This document shows positions 14,013-28,328 of a stretch of DNA of 64,000 nt, piece after piece. Under the pieces are notes generated by a model. It did no database searches and was not told where the DNA came from. It saw nothing but the letters and a program-made list of their open reading frames with translations. Both the position numbers and the translations under genes were made by a program. The DNA is from Eledone cirrhosa (Eukaryota): assembly GCA_964016885.1 (NCBI GenBank), contig CAXHJY010001474.1, forward strand, positions 20,431 through 84,430, written 5' to 3'. The first letter of the stretch is position 1. Every line of letters starts with the position of its first letter.

Positions 14013-14469
14013 TTAAGTTGGTGTTGGTAGTTAAATTGTTTTCGTTGTTTAAACTGTTTTGTCTTGTTCTACACTAAACAACAGTTTAAGTTGGTGTTGG
14101 TGTTGGGGAGAAAGTTGTTTTAACAATATAATTGTTTCTAGTTTTGGCACAAGGCCTGCAATTACCCAGTGCATTACTGGTACTTTATTTGATAATATAA
14201 TGAAAGGTAACGTGAAATAAATTACAAGATATATATGAAATACTAATCTAAATTGTCAGTAAATATATATACATATACACCAGGTCCGAACACAGGAACC
14301 AAACCCCCACTGTCACTGCCTCCGTCTCTCCTGCTCTCCCCAACTTACACTATTATGAGCAAATGGGGGCCCAAACGCTGGCTGCCCCGCGTTGTTTTAA
14401 CTGTTCGGCCATTTTGTATGTCCTATATTATACTGAGAAGTTGTTTTGTGTACTCAGCCATTTTGTATG

Positions 14470-15110
14470 TCCTATGCTCTACATAACAGATAAAGCTGGT
14501 GTTTGTATGTCCTATACTCTACATAAAAGATGTTGTGTGTCTACATAAAAGATGAAGGTGGTGTTTGTCTGTCCTATACTCTACATAAAAGATGAAGGTG
14601 GTGTTTGTCTGTCCTATACTCTACATAAAAGATAATGCTGGAGTTTTTCTGTCCTATACTCCACATAAGAGATAAAGCTGGTGTTGTTTGTCCTATACTC
14701 CACATAAGAGATAAAGCTGGTGTTGTTTGTCCTATACTCTACATAAAAGATAAAGCTGCTATGTGTCTGTCCTATACTATACATAAAAGATAAAGCTGGT
14801 GTTTGTCCTATACTCTACATAAAAGATAAAGTTGGTGTTTGTCCTATACTCTACATAAAAGATAAAGCTGGTGTGTGTCCTATACTCTACATAAAAGATA
14901 AAGCCTGTGTTTGTCCTATACTCTACATAAAAGATAAAGCTGGTGTTTGTCCTATACTCTACATAAAAGGTAAAGCTGGTGTTTGTCCTATACTCTACAT
15001 AAATGATAAAGCTGGTGTTTGTCCTATACTCTACATAAAAGATAAAGCTGCTATGTGTCTGTCCTATACTCTACATAAAAGATAAAGCTGGTGTTTGTCC
15101 TATACTATAC
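14470..15110. repeat. 36-40-bp minisatellite
   Basis: Unit GTCCTATACTCTACATAAAAGATAAAGCTGGTGTTT. Confidence 0.9.
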
Positions 15111-16362
15111 ACAGAAGATTAAACTGGTGTTGGTAGTTAAAATATGTCTGCCGTTTAAACTGTTTTGTCCTACTGTAAGAGAAAACTGTAAATGTAAAAA
15201 CAGGTTTTGATAACTGGATATTAATGTTGAGGCGGGAACCACAGATCCGATTGAAATATAGAGAGAAGCAACAGAAACCACTTTGAAATACATCCTCATA
15301 GCTATATACTCTTCCTTCTACCATATCAACACTACAAATATATATATACATAAATACTTGCATACATACGTACGTACATACAAACATACACACATACAAA
15401 CATACATACATTATATTACATAGACACATGCACACTGGTTCCTGGAGCTATTGGAATGGAGAGAGCTGGGCGGCAGGGTTAAGGTATGATGTAGAGCATA
15501 GGGGGGGGGGATGACAGGACCACCACCACCACCGCCACCACCACCACCATCACCCCTCCCCCGACCTCCATCATCAGTTCCCATTCTTTATTTAAACATT
15601 TGATGTTTGGATAAAAACCTTTTAAGCTTCTTAATTCCTGCTGTTATTCTGCAGAAGCCATAACAGCAACAACAACAACAACAGCAGCAGCAACAACAAC
15701 AACAACTACAAGTGGTGGTCTTCGTCGTAATCGTGATGGTGGTGGTGGTGGAGGTGGTTTTGGTGGAGGAGGTGGTGGTGGTGGAGGAGGAGGTGGTGGA
15801 GGTTTTGGTGGTGGTGGTGGTGGTGGTGGTTTTGGTGATGGAGGTGGTGGCGTTGGTGGTGGAGGTTTTGGTGGTGGTGGTGGTGGTGGTGAAGGTGGTG
15901 CTGATGGTGGTGGAGGTGGTGCTGATGTGGTGGAGGTTTTGGTGTGTGGGGGGGGGGGGGGGAGAAGGAGAGTAAGTCATGTAACGATAATGTTATAAGA
16001 ATACTGTTGATTGGTCCTGTTGAGCATGGGGTGTGTGTATGTACGTGTGTGTATGTGTGTATATGTATATATGTATATATATGTGTGTATATGTACGTGT
16101 GTATATGTATGTGCGTATATGTATGTGCGCCTGTGCATGTGTATGTGTCCTTAATATATGGGGACCTTTGTCGTGTATATATATATGAATGTACAATATA
16201 TATATATATTTATATATATGTAGATAAATCTACCAAGAGTTTACGGTAGTGTCCAATCCGTAGAAGAACTCAATGTATTCCGGATATCATGGAAAAAAGA
16301 GATGTAATGAAAATCCACTTTCGGTGAAAGATAAACGGTATACAGAGTCAAGATAAAACTAT

Positions 16363-16750
16363 TAACAAATAATGAACAAACAATTCCTTATATTAAACAA
16401 AAAAAGTTCACTATTTAACGATCGTTTCTAGGGTATATATGTGTTATAATTGGTATGCATATTCAACAGATCTATGTACAAAATTATACAAAATTATACA
16501 AATTATCAAGATTAAATATACATACCTAACACATATATACGCCGTCTTCAGAAATAAGTTATTTCTGAAGACGGCGTATATATGTGTTAGGTTGTATATT
16601 TAATCTTGATAATTTGTATAATTTTGTATATTTTGTACATAGATCTGTTGAATATGCATACCAATTATAACACATATATACCCTAGAAACGATCGTTAAA
16701 TAGTGAACTTTTTTTGTTTAATATAAGGAATTGTTTGTTCATTATTTGTT
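16363..16750. mobile_element. About 390-bp near-perfect palindrome carrying hammerheads on both strands
   Basis: Arms meet at TCTTCAGAAATAA-G-TTATTTCTGAAGA (centre about 16558). Confidence 0.9.
16560..16703 (+). ncRNA. Hammerhead ribozyme with about 115-nt stem II (mirror copy on - strand 16411-16556)
   Basis: TATTT-CTGAAGA-..GTATATATGTGTTA...TAACACATATATAC..-GAAA-CGATCG-TT|AAATA. Confidence 0.8.
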
Positions 16751-16760
16751 TAATATTTTA

Positions 16761-16843
<83 letters not shown>

Positions 16844-17035
16844 GCATATATATGCATATAAATATCTCTCTCTTTTTCCATATAAATATATATCTACAGA
16901 AAAAGAGAGATATTTATATGCATATATATACATACATATACATATATATATATATATGTATACATATATATATATATGTATATATATACATATATATATA
17001 TACATGTATACACACACATATATATATATACATGT

Positions 17036-17073
<38 letters not shown>

Positions 17074-17146
17074 ACATATATACATATATACATATATATA
17101 TACATATACATGTATACATATACATATACATGTATACATATACATA

Positions 17147-17191
<45 letters not shown>

Positions 17192-17285
17192 AAGATCAGA
17201 ATTAAGAGTATTCCGCAGTTCACAGTAATAATAATAATATTAGCTCGAAGAAGAACAGAATTTTCATTTGAGCTCAAATACAAAT

Positions 17286-17438
17286 ATATTACACAGAGAG
17301 AAGTGTGTTACACAGAGAGAAGTGTGTTACACAGTGAGATGTGTGTAAAAAATTATTACATGTGAGTTTAACCGTCACTGACATGTAATCCTTTTTTACA
17401 CACATCTCACTGTGTAACACACTTCTCTCTGTGTAATA
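17286..17438. repeat. Short fold-back element in (TA)n
   Basis: TACACAGAGAGAAGTGTGTTACACAGTGAGATGTGTGTAAAAAA and its inverse. Confidence 0.75.
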
Positions 17439-17461
17439 TATTTGCATATATATACATATAT

Positions 17462-17541
<80 letters not shown>

Positions 17542-17554
17542 TACATGTATACAT

Positions 17555-17618
<64 letters not shown>

Positions 17619-17677
17619 ACATACACACACACACATATATAAATATATGAGTGAGAGAGAGAGAGAGATGTATATAC

Positions 17678-17718
<41 letters not shown>

Positions 17719-17754
17719 GTGTGTGTGTGTGTATACATACATGAATGCATATAT

Positions 17755-17792
<38 letters not shown>

Positions 17793-17795
<3 letters not shown>

Positions 17796-18072
17796 CACGT
17801 TGGCCTCGTGGTAAGCGTGTTGGATTTACGATCATAATGTCGTGGGTTCGATTCCTGGGCTGCGTGTTGTGTTCTTGAGCAAAACACTTCATTTCACGTT
17901 GCTCCAGTATTCTCAGCTGAAAATGAGTACCAGCAATAGCTGGGGGTTTAACCCTGTGGTGGACTGGCGTCCTGTTCAGGGGGGGAATCTTGTACTCTCA
18001 GTCGCTTCACGCCATGAAACCGGCTAAGCACCGGCCAAATGAGCCTTCTGTCTTAAGACCGACTTTAGACTT
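17793..18072 (+). mobile_element. tRNA-derived SINE, family S2 (CORE-like)
   Basis: A box TGGCCTCGTGGT, B box GGTTCGATTCC, CORE-like GTGTTCTTGAGCAAAACACTT, (GACTTTA) tail; copy on - strand at 34738-35022, fragment at 44830-44915. Confidence 0.85.
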
Positions 18073-18096
18073 TTAGATATACACACACACACACAT

Positions 18097-18178
<82 letters not shown>

Positions 18179-18624
18179 GACAGTAAAACTACCATGATTT
18201 CCTTGTAGTATAAGTGGTCCAAAGAAAATATTATTAACGAACAGTGCTCAATGTTAATTCTCTATGACTGGGAGCTATGATATAAGTTTAAACTAATAAT
18301 AATGAATCAGTGTGCTATCATAGACAGGATATATGTGTATTTCTATCTCACATATCTGTGTGTGTGTGTATGTGTTTGCATATATATATATATATATATA
18401 TGTTTTGCAAAGTTTTTGATATGAAATCGTGTGTTGAAACAAATATTGTTATATTTGGATATATATATATGATATATATATATACATTTATATCTGTATT
18501 TTTAACCGTTGGTGAATCAATGATAAACATCGATTACCAGATAAATTAAATATGGAGATATAAAAGATACAGAAGAGAAAACTAATCCAAACCAAACAGT
18601 GAGTGTGTTTTATTATATATAACA

Positions 18625-18680
<56 letters not shown>

Positions 18681-18884
18681 TTGAAGGAAACAACAAACAG
18701 AGGTACAAAAGTCTTATTAGTTTCACGCTTTACATGGAAAAGGGGAAAGAAAGTTCGACATTTCGGGCTTTAGCCCTACTTCAGGAGTATAACAAATAGA
18801 GACAGGATCTCAAAGGATAGACACAGAAAATAAAAGGTAGTTTGCATATATATATATATATAGCAATGAGTTCCAAGTTTTGTA

Positions 18885-18941
18885 TTTTATCTGATGAGAG
18901 CGTACCAAAATGTTGGTACCCTTGAAATATATATAATAAAA
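18885..18941 (+). ncRNA. Minimal hammerhead ribozyme
   Basis: TTTTAT-CTGATGA-GAGCGTACCAA..TTGGTACCCTT-GAAA-TATATA-TA|ATAAAA. Confidence 0.85.
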
Positions 18942-19101
18942 TAAGTATGGTTTTATAAAGATAGCTTCCATTTATTAATATCATTGATATGTATATATAT
19001 ATATATATAGACTTAATAAAAATGAATATATATATATATATATACACACGCACACACAGACACATATATACATACATCCAGATATATATATACACACACA
19101 C

Positions 19102-19275
<174 letters not shown>

Positions 19276-19354
19276 GTAGCAGTTATAATAAATACAAAGA
19301 CCAAAATCCAGAAAGGATTGATAAGAGATCTAGAAATAGAGATATGCAATAATA

Positions 19355-19472
<118 letters not shown>

Positions 19473-20335
19473 GACTGATATACGTGTTCTGAATAACATA
19501 ATGATGATGAAAATGAAGATTATCACACACTATCAATATCACCAACAACATCAACACCACCACCACCAACCCGCCTCCACCAGCACCTCCACCATACCAC
19601 CGCCACCATCATCACCAATCCACCTCCACCACCACCGCCACCACCATATCACCACCACCATCATCACCACAACCAACACCAACCCCACCACCACCACCAT
19701 CAGTACCACTACCACCAAACCATCACCATCACCAGTACCATCACCACCACCAACCCCATCACCACCACCACCAGTACCATCACCACCACCAATACCAACC
19801 CCACCAGCACCACCACCACTACCATCACCAGTACCATCACCACCACCACCACGACTACCATCACCACCACCACCACCACCACGACTACCATCACCAGTAC
19901 CATCACCACCACCAACACCAACTCCACCACCACCAACACCAACTCCACCACCACCAGTACCATCACCAGTACCACCACCACCACCACCAGAGTAACACCA
20001 TCAAGCCACCAAACCACCTCCACAACCACAACCACTACCACTACCTCAACCATCATCATCATCATCAGTGGGAAGGAAAAATGCCATAACAGATCAGGAC
20101 CCCCGCAAGAGAGGAAGATGGGAGAGAGAGAGAGAAAGAGAGAGATAAAGAGAGAGAGAGAGGGGAGTAGAGAAGGGGAGAAATAGAGAGGGAGAGAGAG
20201 ATGAGGTAGAGAAGGGGAGAGAGAGGGGGTAGAGAAGGGGAGAAATAGAGAGGGAGAGAGAGACACAGAGAGAGAGAGAGGGGTAGAAAAGGGGAGAAAG
20301 AACGAGAAAGAGAGAGAAGAGAGAGAAGAGAGAGA

Positions 20336-20384
<49 letters not shown>

Positions 20385-20417
20385 CAGAGAGACAGAGACA
20401 AAGTGAAAAATAGAGAG

Positions 20418-20456
<39 letters not shown>

Positions 20457-21331
20457 AAGAAAGAGAGGGAGGGGGTGAATGTTAACTGATTGACTAAGAG
20501 AAAGCAGAGTTATATGAAAGAAAAGCCGACCCCACTCCAAGCCCTGGGGGTAGAAGAAGGGTAGCAGCAGGGGTGGGAGCTAAAGGTGGAACCGTAAGGC
20601 CCATATGTCATATACATTAAACTACAGCTGTGAACCAAACCTTAGGGAAGTCATGGGTGAGATTCTGGGTCACACCTAGTTTCTCTATATGTGTGTGTGT
20701 CCTTATGTATGTGTGTATACGTGTGTGTGTCTTTATGTGTGTGTGTGTGTATATATATATACGTGTATATGTGTGTGTGTGTATATGTATATATGTGTAT
20801 ACGTGGACGAGTGTCTTTGTGTATATGTGTATACGTGTGTGTGTGTATATGTGTATACGTGTGTGTGTGTGTGTCTTTATGTGTGTGTGTGTGTGTGTAT
20901 ATATATACGTGTATATATGTGTGTGTGTATATATGTATATATGTGTATGAGTGCCTTTATGTATATGTGTATACGTGGACGAGTGTCTTTGTGTATATGT
21001 GTATACGTGTGTGTGTGTGTGTATATGTGTATACGTGTGTGTGTGTGTGTGTGTGTGAGTATATGTGTGTATGTAAGTGTAAGCGTGTGTCAATATAAGA
21101 GTATATGTGAGTGTATGTGTTTCATGTACAGAGAGAGAGAGAGATACTGAGACAGAAGGAGAAAGAGAGCAAGAAACAAAGGAACGTAGAGAAAGAAAGG
21201 GACAGAGAGAGAAATGAAGAGGCGGAGAGAGAGACAGAAAGAGAGAAAGAAAGAGAGAGATGATGGGAGAGATGGCAGAGCAACCAAAAAGTAAATACTC
21301 CAGTTTATATCAAAGAACAGTACCCCTGTTG

Positions 21332-21456
<125 letters not shown>

Positions 21457-21476
21457 TTATTAAAATAACAGATTAA

Positions 21477-21527
21477 AGTTTAAGCAAAGAATCGCTGCTT
21501 TCACCCTTAACGGGATCTTCTGAAACT
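21477..21527 (-). ncRNA. Hammerhead-like motif 3' of the Penelope ORF (variant core CAGAAGA)
   Basis: Reverse complement AGTTT-CAGAAGA-TCCCGTTAAGGGT-GAA-AGCA...TGCT-T|AAACT; stems I, II and III all pair. Confidence 0.7.
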
Positions 21528-21849
21528 AACAAAGTAAATCTGTGAACGCAGAAGTGAATATTTCAAAAAACGTTGCAACCGGAGGAAGATAGGAAGACGA
21601 TACTTTGGTTCGTGGAAACGTTCCCTGGCAAAGAACGCCATAACATATACAATCAAATATACGTACGAGAAAGTATACGTACCTTCACAAAACATACAGG
21701 TAATATATACTTACCTATGCAAATAAGTAATGGTATAAACAAAACATATACTTAGCTACCACATCAAGACGTAAAATATCCACGTATAGATCGTACTATC
21801 CGTTAGGGTATAACGTGGGGCTGTAATACAGGAAAGTTTTGTGCAATTT

Positions 21850-22392
21850 ATGTTTACAAGCCTAAATTGCCTCAGATTTTTTGTTTAAGATGTGGTCTGT
21901 GGCGTAGAGTATTACCAGGGCTTCAGCGGCGCAAAGATCGCATGGTCTTTTTTTCCGTTATACGATCTAGCCCTAGCTAGGATCTCCCAGTGTAACTTAT
22001 ATTGGGTGTGGTTGTCTTTTAGACTCCAGATATAAGCTGAAAGTGACGTCATATTCCTTCTTAGAGGGTAACGAAAAGAATGGGTATGCATGTAAAGACG
22101 TTGCTTGAATCTATTGGAGGTTAACCCTATGTAGGCCCTACGGGACGTGGGTGTTTCAACCTTACATTTGTAGACAATGTTACTAGAGAGGCATTTCCCG
22201 GATAGGGGCAATCAATCCGATTCCTACAATTACAGTTAGTACTAACTACAGGGTTGCACGTGTTCCTACGGCTAGGTAGTTTAGCTAAATTTGAAGCTGT
22301 GATGTTATGTGCAAGATTAGGCGTCGTAGAGTAAGAAATTTTAATAGTATTTCTATTAAAAATGTTACTATATTTATGTGTAGGGGGAAAAT

Positions 22393-22395
<3 letters not shown>
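21850..22395 (-). pseudogene. Penelope-like element fragment: RT-EN linker plus GIY-YIG endonuclease, frameshifted
   Basis: Reads HFPPTHKYSNIFNRNTIKISYS...NCNCRNRIDC / PLSGKCLSSNIVYKC..AYIGLTSNRFKQR..H..SF..TSLSAYIWSLK..WEILARA / CDLCAAEALVI..LNKKSE; two frameshifts. Confidence 0.9.
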
Positions 22396-22436
<41 letters not shown>

Positions 22437-22711
22437 TCTCACTATTTTGTCCTTCTTCTCTTCTCTCTTCTTTCTCTCCATAGTCGTTTAAATAAACGGT
22501 TGTTTTTCTATTATTTACATATTCATGTGAAAAATCCTTAATACATTTCCACTATCCAGAGAATATCCAACTGATAAGGTATGATTTTTACTGGATATAT
22601 CTCTATTTATAAAACAAATTTTGTATTTTATCTGAAGTCTTTTGGTACCCTTGAAATATATATAATAAAATAAATATGTTTTTTTAAATATAGTTTCCAT
22701 TTATTTAATAT

Positions 22712-22756
<45 letters not shown>

Positions 22757-23006
22757 GTTTAAGCTTGTTGAATCCCATATATATATATGCAGAGGTTATA
22801 TTTAATTTGTTGCAGAGGTTATATTTAATTTGTTGGGATTCAACAAGCTTAAACATTTTTATAACTGATATAAAGCACTCAACATTAATTACCTCAATAT
22901 GTATTACCCTCAATAAATGTACTATCTCCACTATCCAGGAAGCTCCAACCGTTAAGGTTGTCCTTTTTCCGGGTATGTCAATATTTATTTATAAAACAAA
23001 TCTGTA

Positions 23007-23068
23007 TTTTATCTGATGAAAGCGCACCATAATTTGCCTTGGTTGCCCTTGAAATATGTATAATAAAA
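23007..23068 (+). ncRNA. Minimal hammerhead ribozyme (same family as 18885 and 34596)
   Basis: TTTTAT-CTGATGA...GAAA-TATGTA-TA|ATAAAA; a core-deleted tandem copy lies at 22626-22670. Confidence 0.7.
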
Positions 23069-23114
23069 TAAATATGGTTTTATAAATATAGTTTCCATTT
23101 ATTAATATTATATT

Positions 23115-23297
23115 GAATTGGCAGTATCGGTAGAGGGTTGGACGCCATGCTTTCTAGCATAGTTACGTCCCTTTACAGTCTGAGTTCAAAACCCACCGAG
23201 GTTTACTTTGCCTTTCATCCTTATGGGGTCGATAAAATAAAGTACCAGTAATGTACTGGGTAATTGCTGGCCTTGTGCCTAAAGTAGAAACAATTAT
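23115..23297 (+). mobile_element. S1 SINE
   Basis: A/B boxes, core, tail. Confidence 0.85.
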
Positions 23298-23688
23298 ATA
23301 TATATATATGTGTATATATATATATATATAACTACATATATATATATATATATATACAATACAATCTCACATATCATAAGTTGAAAGACATCTATAATAT
23401 AAGATTAAACAAGCAACTAGTGGCAGACTGTTGTTTTAACATGTTTAATACTTCTAAAGGGAGTTTGGTCTACTAATTACAGGGATATACGTATATGTGT
23501 TCATCTATTTGTATATATAAGTGTGTGTTTGTCGTTAATGTATATATATATATATAAAATTCGCCTCATATATACGACTGTTATTTCTAGCAGTACGGTT
23601 ATGAGACTAGCCTGAATCTGTGAACCCATGTGCGTCACACAGTCTTTTAAATTATTTAGAAGTGAAGCTTATCAATTGTCTCTGGATG

Positions 23689-23757
23689 TTTGCTGAGGAG
23701 AGCAGTGGCAAGATGTTCCTACACTTATACACGTATCCATCTCGAAACATGTTTGGA
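23689..23757 (+). ncRNA. Possible degenerate hammerhead
   Basis: CTGAGGA-GAG...CTC-GAAA-CATG-TT; stem I weak (mostly G-U pairs). Confidence 0.4.
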
Positions 23758-24096
23758 TTTTGAGGTTTAAACTTATCTACTGAACAGGTTTGACTTTGAA
23801 ATTTAAATATGTATAAACATCATAGCCATTTGGCGGCACAGCTAGTTTTTGTCGATTTATTATTATTATTATTTTAAATCGATGTGGACGAACTGTGGTA
23901 AAATAATTAATATTCTTCAGTCTGGCTAACTTTCTTTTGCAATATAAATACAGATATGTTGGTATCTGTTTCATCATATATATTACTCATATATATTACT
24001 TTTATACACGGCTCAGGAATATTTCCTTTCGAGCTAATTCCATTGTAAAAGAATTCCTTACACTTAATATATATATCTATATATATATATATATAT

Positions 24097-24243
24097 AACG
24101 AAGGAATTGTGGTAAGGAACCAGATGGACCATAACGCACCAGAGTACTCAATACTTAGGGTAGTAGAGTGGGTAATAGGAAAAAGTATGTCAGAAATAGC
24201 CGTCGAAACGGGTTGAGCTCTGGCGTCGGGTCATACTTTTTCC
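24097..24243 (-). mobile_element. Diverged F1 element copy
   Basis: Family sequence with an inversion junction after GGAAAAAGTATG. Confidence 0.75.
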
Positions 24244-24316
24244 TATATATATATATATATTGGAAAATGTGTGAAATCCTTATATATATATGTGTGGCAT
24301 TGTGTGTGTATGTATA

Positions 24317-24393
<77 letters not shown>

Positions 24394-24746
24394 TTACACA
24401 CATGCACATGCGTATACATACATTCATACATACATACACGCACACACATACATACACCCATCCACAAATACATACACATACACATATAGACACACGTATA
24501 TATATATATATCCATGCATACATACACATATGTAAACATACATACATACACACATATACACATACACATAGACACACATATGTAAGCACACATACATACA
24601 CACATATACACACACACATATAGACACACATGTATATATATCCATACGTACATACATACGCATACACTTGTGAAGACATATACACATACATACACACGCA
24701 TATACATACATACACACACATACACACAGACCCACAGACACACACA

Positions 24747-24841
<95 letters not shown>

Positions 24842-24999
24842 AGTCAGAAATCTCATTCAGATTTTATCTTTTTTATACATTATATAAAAAAAGCTCAATA
24901 TAAAAATTCTAGATAAATAAAATATAAAGACATCATTTCTCAGATTCTTCTGCCATTTTGTTTCAATTTAGGAAAACAATTATTTCTACTATTGTTATT

Positions 25000-25001
25000 G
25001 T

Positions 25002-25070
<69 letters not shown>

Positions 25071-25158
25071 AGTGGTGGTGGTGGTAGTGGTGGTGGTGGT
25101 GGTCCTGTTGGTGGTAGTACTAGTAGTACTAGTGGTGGTGGTGCTGGTGGTAGTAGTA

Positions 25159-25197
<39 letters not shown>

Positions 25198-25209
25198 CTA
25201 GCGGTGGTG

Positions 25210-25287
<78 letters not shown>

Positions 25288-25357
25288 TGTGGTGGTGGTG
25301 GTGGTGATTTTGGCGGTGATGTTTGTGTTGATGATGATGACGATTATAATAATGTTG

Positions 25358-25453
<96 letters not shown>

Positions 25454-25605
25454 CTTGTGGTGGCAGTCAGTGGTGATGTTTGTGATGAAGATGATGTAAC
25501 GATTATAATGGTAGTAGTAGAAGTAGTAGTATTAGTGGTGGTGGTGGTTGTGGTTGTGGTGATAATGATGATGATAATGATTATAGTAGTAGTAGTAGTT
25601 GTAGT

Positions 25606-25637
<32 letters not shown>

Positions 25638-25644
25638 CAGCAGC

Positions 25645-25688
<44 letters not shown>

Positions 25689-25771
25689 CTGCAGCAGTAG
25701 TAGTAGTAGCAGCAGCAGCAACACCAGTAGTAGTAGTAGTAGCAGTAGCAGTAGTAGTAGTAGTAATAGTT

Positions 25772-25805
<34 letters not shown>

Positions 25806-25830
25806 CGGTGGTGTTTGTGATGATGATGAA
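25000..25830. repeat. (AGT/GGT/AGC)n microsatellite complex
   Basis: Directly visible. Confidence 0.9.
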
Positions 25831-25959
25831 TATAATAATGTTGGTCTCAAAGCAATATTTTCTTATGATCAACTAAATGTAACAAAAAATAAAAAAATGT
25901 GTTGGAGACAGTGAGAGATGTATGTAAATATAGATAGATAGATAGATGTGTGTGTGTGT

Positions 25960-26020
<61 letters not shown>

Positions 26021-26128
26021 CATATATATATATATATAATACATATATATATACATACATGTATATACATACATACATATATATATATACTTACATGTAT
26101 ATATACATATATATATATATATACTTAC

Positions 26129-26239
<111 letters not shown>

Positions 26240-26249
26240 AGAGAGAGAG

Positions 26250-26297
<48 letters not shown>

Positions 26298-26719
26298 ACA
26301 ATGTTTTGTGTTGTTGTTTAATCAATTTTTTCCCAGTTTGTTTGTTGTAAAATATTTTCTCTGCTCTCTGTGCCATATATTTTCCTCTCCGGAGTAAGTT
26401 TCTTTTTTTTGTGTGTCAAACAAAACACACTAGAACAAATATACAATAAACAAAAGCTAGATTAAGATAACAACAGATAAGATGTGTGAGGGTTGAAAAA
26501 TCTATTTCCAGTTTTCATTTTCTCGCAAATATTGCAATTTAGAAAAGCCGTGTTAGAAAAATGATTGTTTGTTGGTCTACCAGGAAATCTCTCATCTCCG
26601 ACTTATCGGTTCAGGTCAAAGAAGTGTTTTTATGTCGTTTTTGTTGTTGTTGTTGTTCTTGGTGTTTTTTCGTTTTTGAAATCGGTAATTATGTGTGTGT
26701 GTAATGTGTCTCTATATTT

Positions 26720-27440
26720 GTTAGTTGATTGGTTAGATGGTTGGTTGGATGGTTGGATGGTTAGATGGCTGGTTGGTTGGTGGGTTGGCTGGATGAGCGG
26801 TTGGTTGGTTGGTGATGGTTGGTTGGATGGTTGGTTGGATGGTTGGATGGTTGGTTGGTTGGTGATGGTTGGTTGGTTGGATAGATGGTTGGTTGGTTGG
26901 ATGGTTGGATGGTTGGTTGGTTGGATGGTTGGTTGGTTGGTTGGTGATGGTTGGTTGGATGGTTGGATGGTTGGTTGGTTGGTTGGATGGTTGGTTGGAT
27001 GGTTGGTTGGATGGCTGGATGAATGGTTGGTTGGATGGTTCGCTGGATGGATGGTTAGAGGGATGGATGGTTGGTTGGATGGATGGTTAGCTGGCTGGTT
27101 GGCTGGTTGGCTGGTTAATTGCTTGGCTGAATGGTCAATTGCTTGGCTGGATGGTTAATTGCTTGGCTGGATGTTTGGTTGGCTTGATGGTTCTATGGTT
27201 AGCTGGTTGATTGGTTGGATGGTTAGCTCGATGGTTGTTTGGTTGGTTGGTTGGTTTGATAACTGATTGGTTAGCTGGTTGGTTGGCTGGATGGTCGGAT
27301 GGATGGTTGGTTGGTTGATTGGCTGGATGGTTACTTGGCTGGATGGTTGGTTGGTTGGTTGATTGGCTGGTTTGTTTGTTGGTTGGTTAATTGATAGGCT
27401 GGCTGGCTGGTTGATTGGTTGATTGGCTGGTTGATTGGTT
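26720..27440. repeat. (GGTT/GGAT/GGCT)n tetranucleotide array
   Basis: Directly visible. Confidence 0.9.
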
Positions 27441-27681
27441 GGCAAAGTGGGTAACGTACCAGCCTACTAACCTAAATTCTAAATGGTGCATGGGTGGTGG
27501 TGGGAGTGTAGACAGGTGTAACATAGTATAATGACTTAACACTGTAGGTAGCTGGGATGGTTTAGTATGTTGATCTAGCAGTACTTATTGTTGTAGTTGT
27601 TGATGATGATGATGATGACAATAACGACGAGGAAGGATAGGAGGATGAGGAGGGGGAGGAGGATATAGTTGTTGGTTGCTT

Positions 27682-27713
<32 letters not shown>

Positions 27714-28328
27714 TTTGATGCTGATGATGATGATGATGATGACAACAATAAATGTAATGAGGGAGGGGAAAATGAGGATATTTTTGTTGCTGCTGCTGCT
27801 GCTGTTGTTGTTGGTGATGCTGTTGTTGTTATTGTTATTGGTGATGATGGTGATGGTGGTGATTTTGGTGACAGTACTGATGATGAGAGAGGGGAGGAGG
27901 ACGTTGCTGTTGTTATTGCTGTCGTTGCAAATGTTTTAACAATCTCATAGGATATTTCTTCGGTATTGTCATGATGAGGAGCTCAGTAAGTACCAGTTAC
28001 CCTTTCTACGGCGAAAGAAGGCTGGATTTGAACTCAGAACCGTCAGAGCCAGTACAAATATTACAAGTCAACCCGCAAGGCGCTCTAACAATCCCACCAA
28101 TTCATCGCCTGGGTTCGTACTTTATTTATCGACCCCGAAAAGCTAAAAGGTAAAATTGACGTCGTTGGTATTTGACCTCAGAGCACAATAAGTTGTAACA
28201 AATACCTCATCAGGGGGAGATAATTGTTTGTACTAAGAACAATACAGAACTGAAATCAGACATTAAGTCTTAATTATCGATGTAATTATATCTTAAATAT
28301 ATAAAGATGACCCTTTAATTAGTTTTAA

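Noticed and set aside
17793-17870. tRNA gene
   Set aside because: A/B boxes continue into a SINE body and no complete cloverleaf is present.
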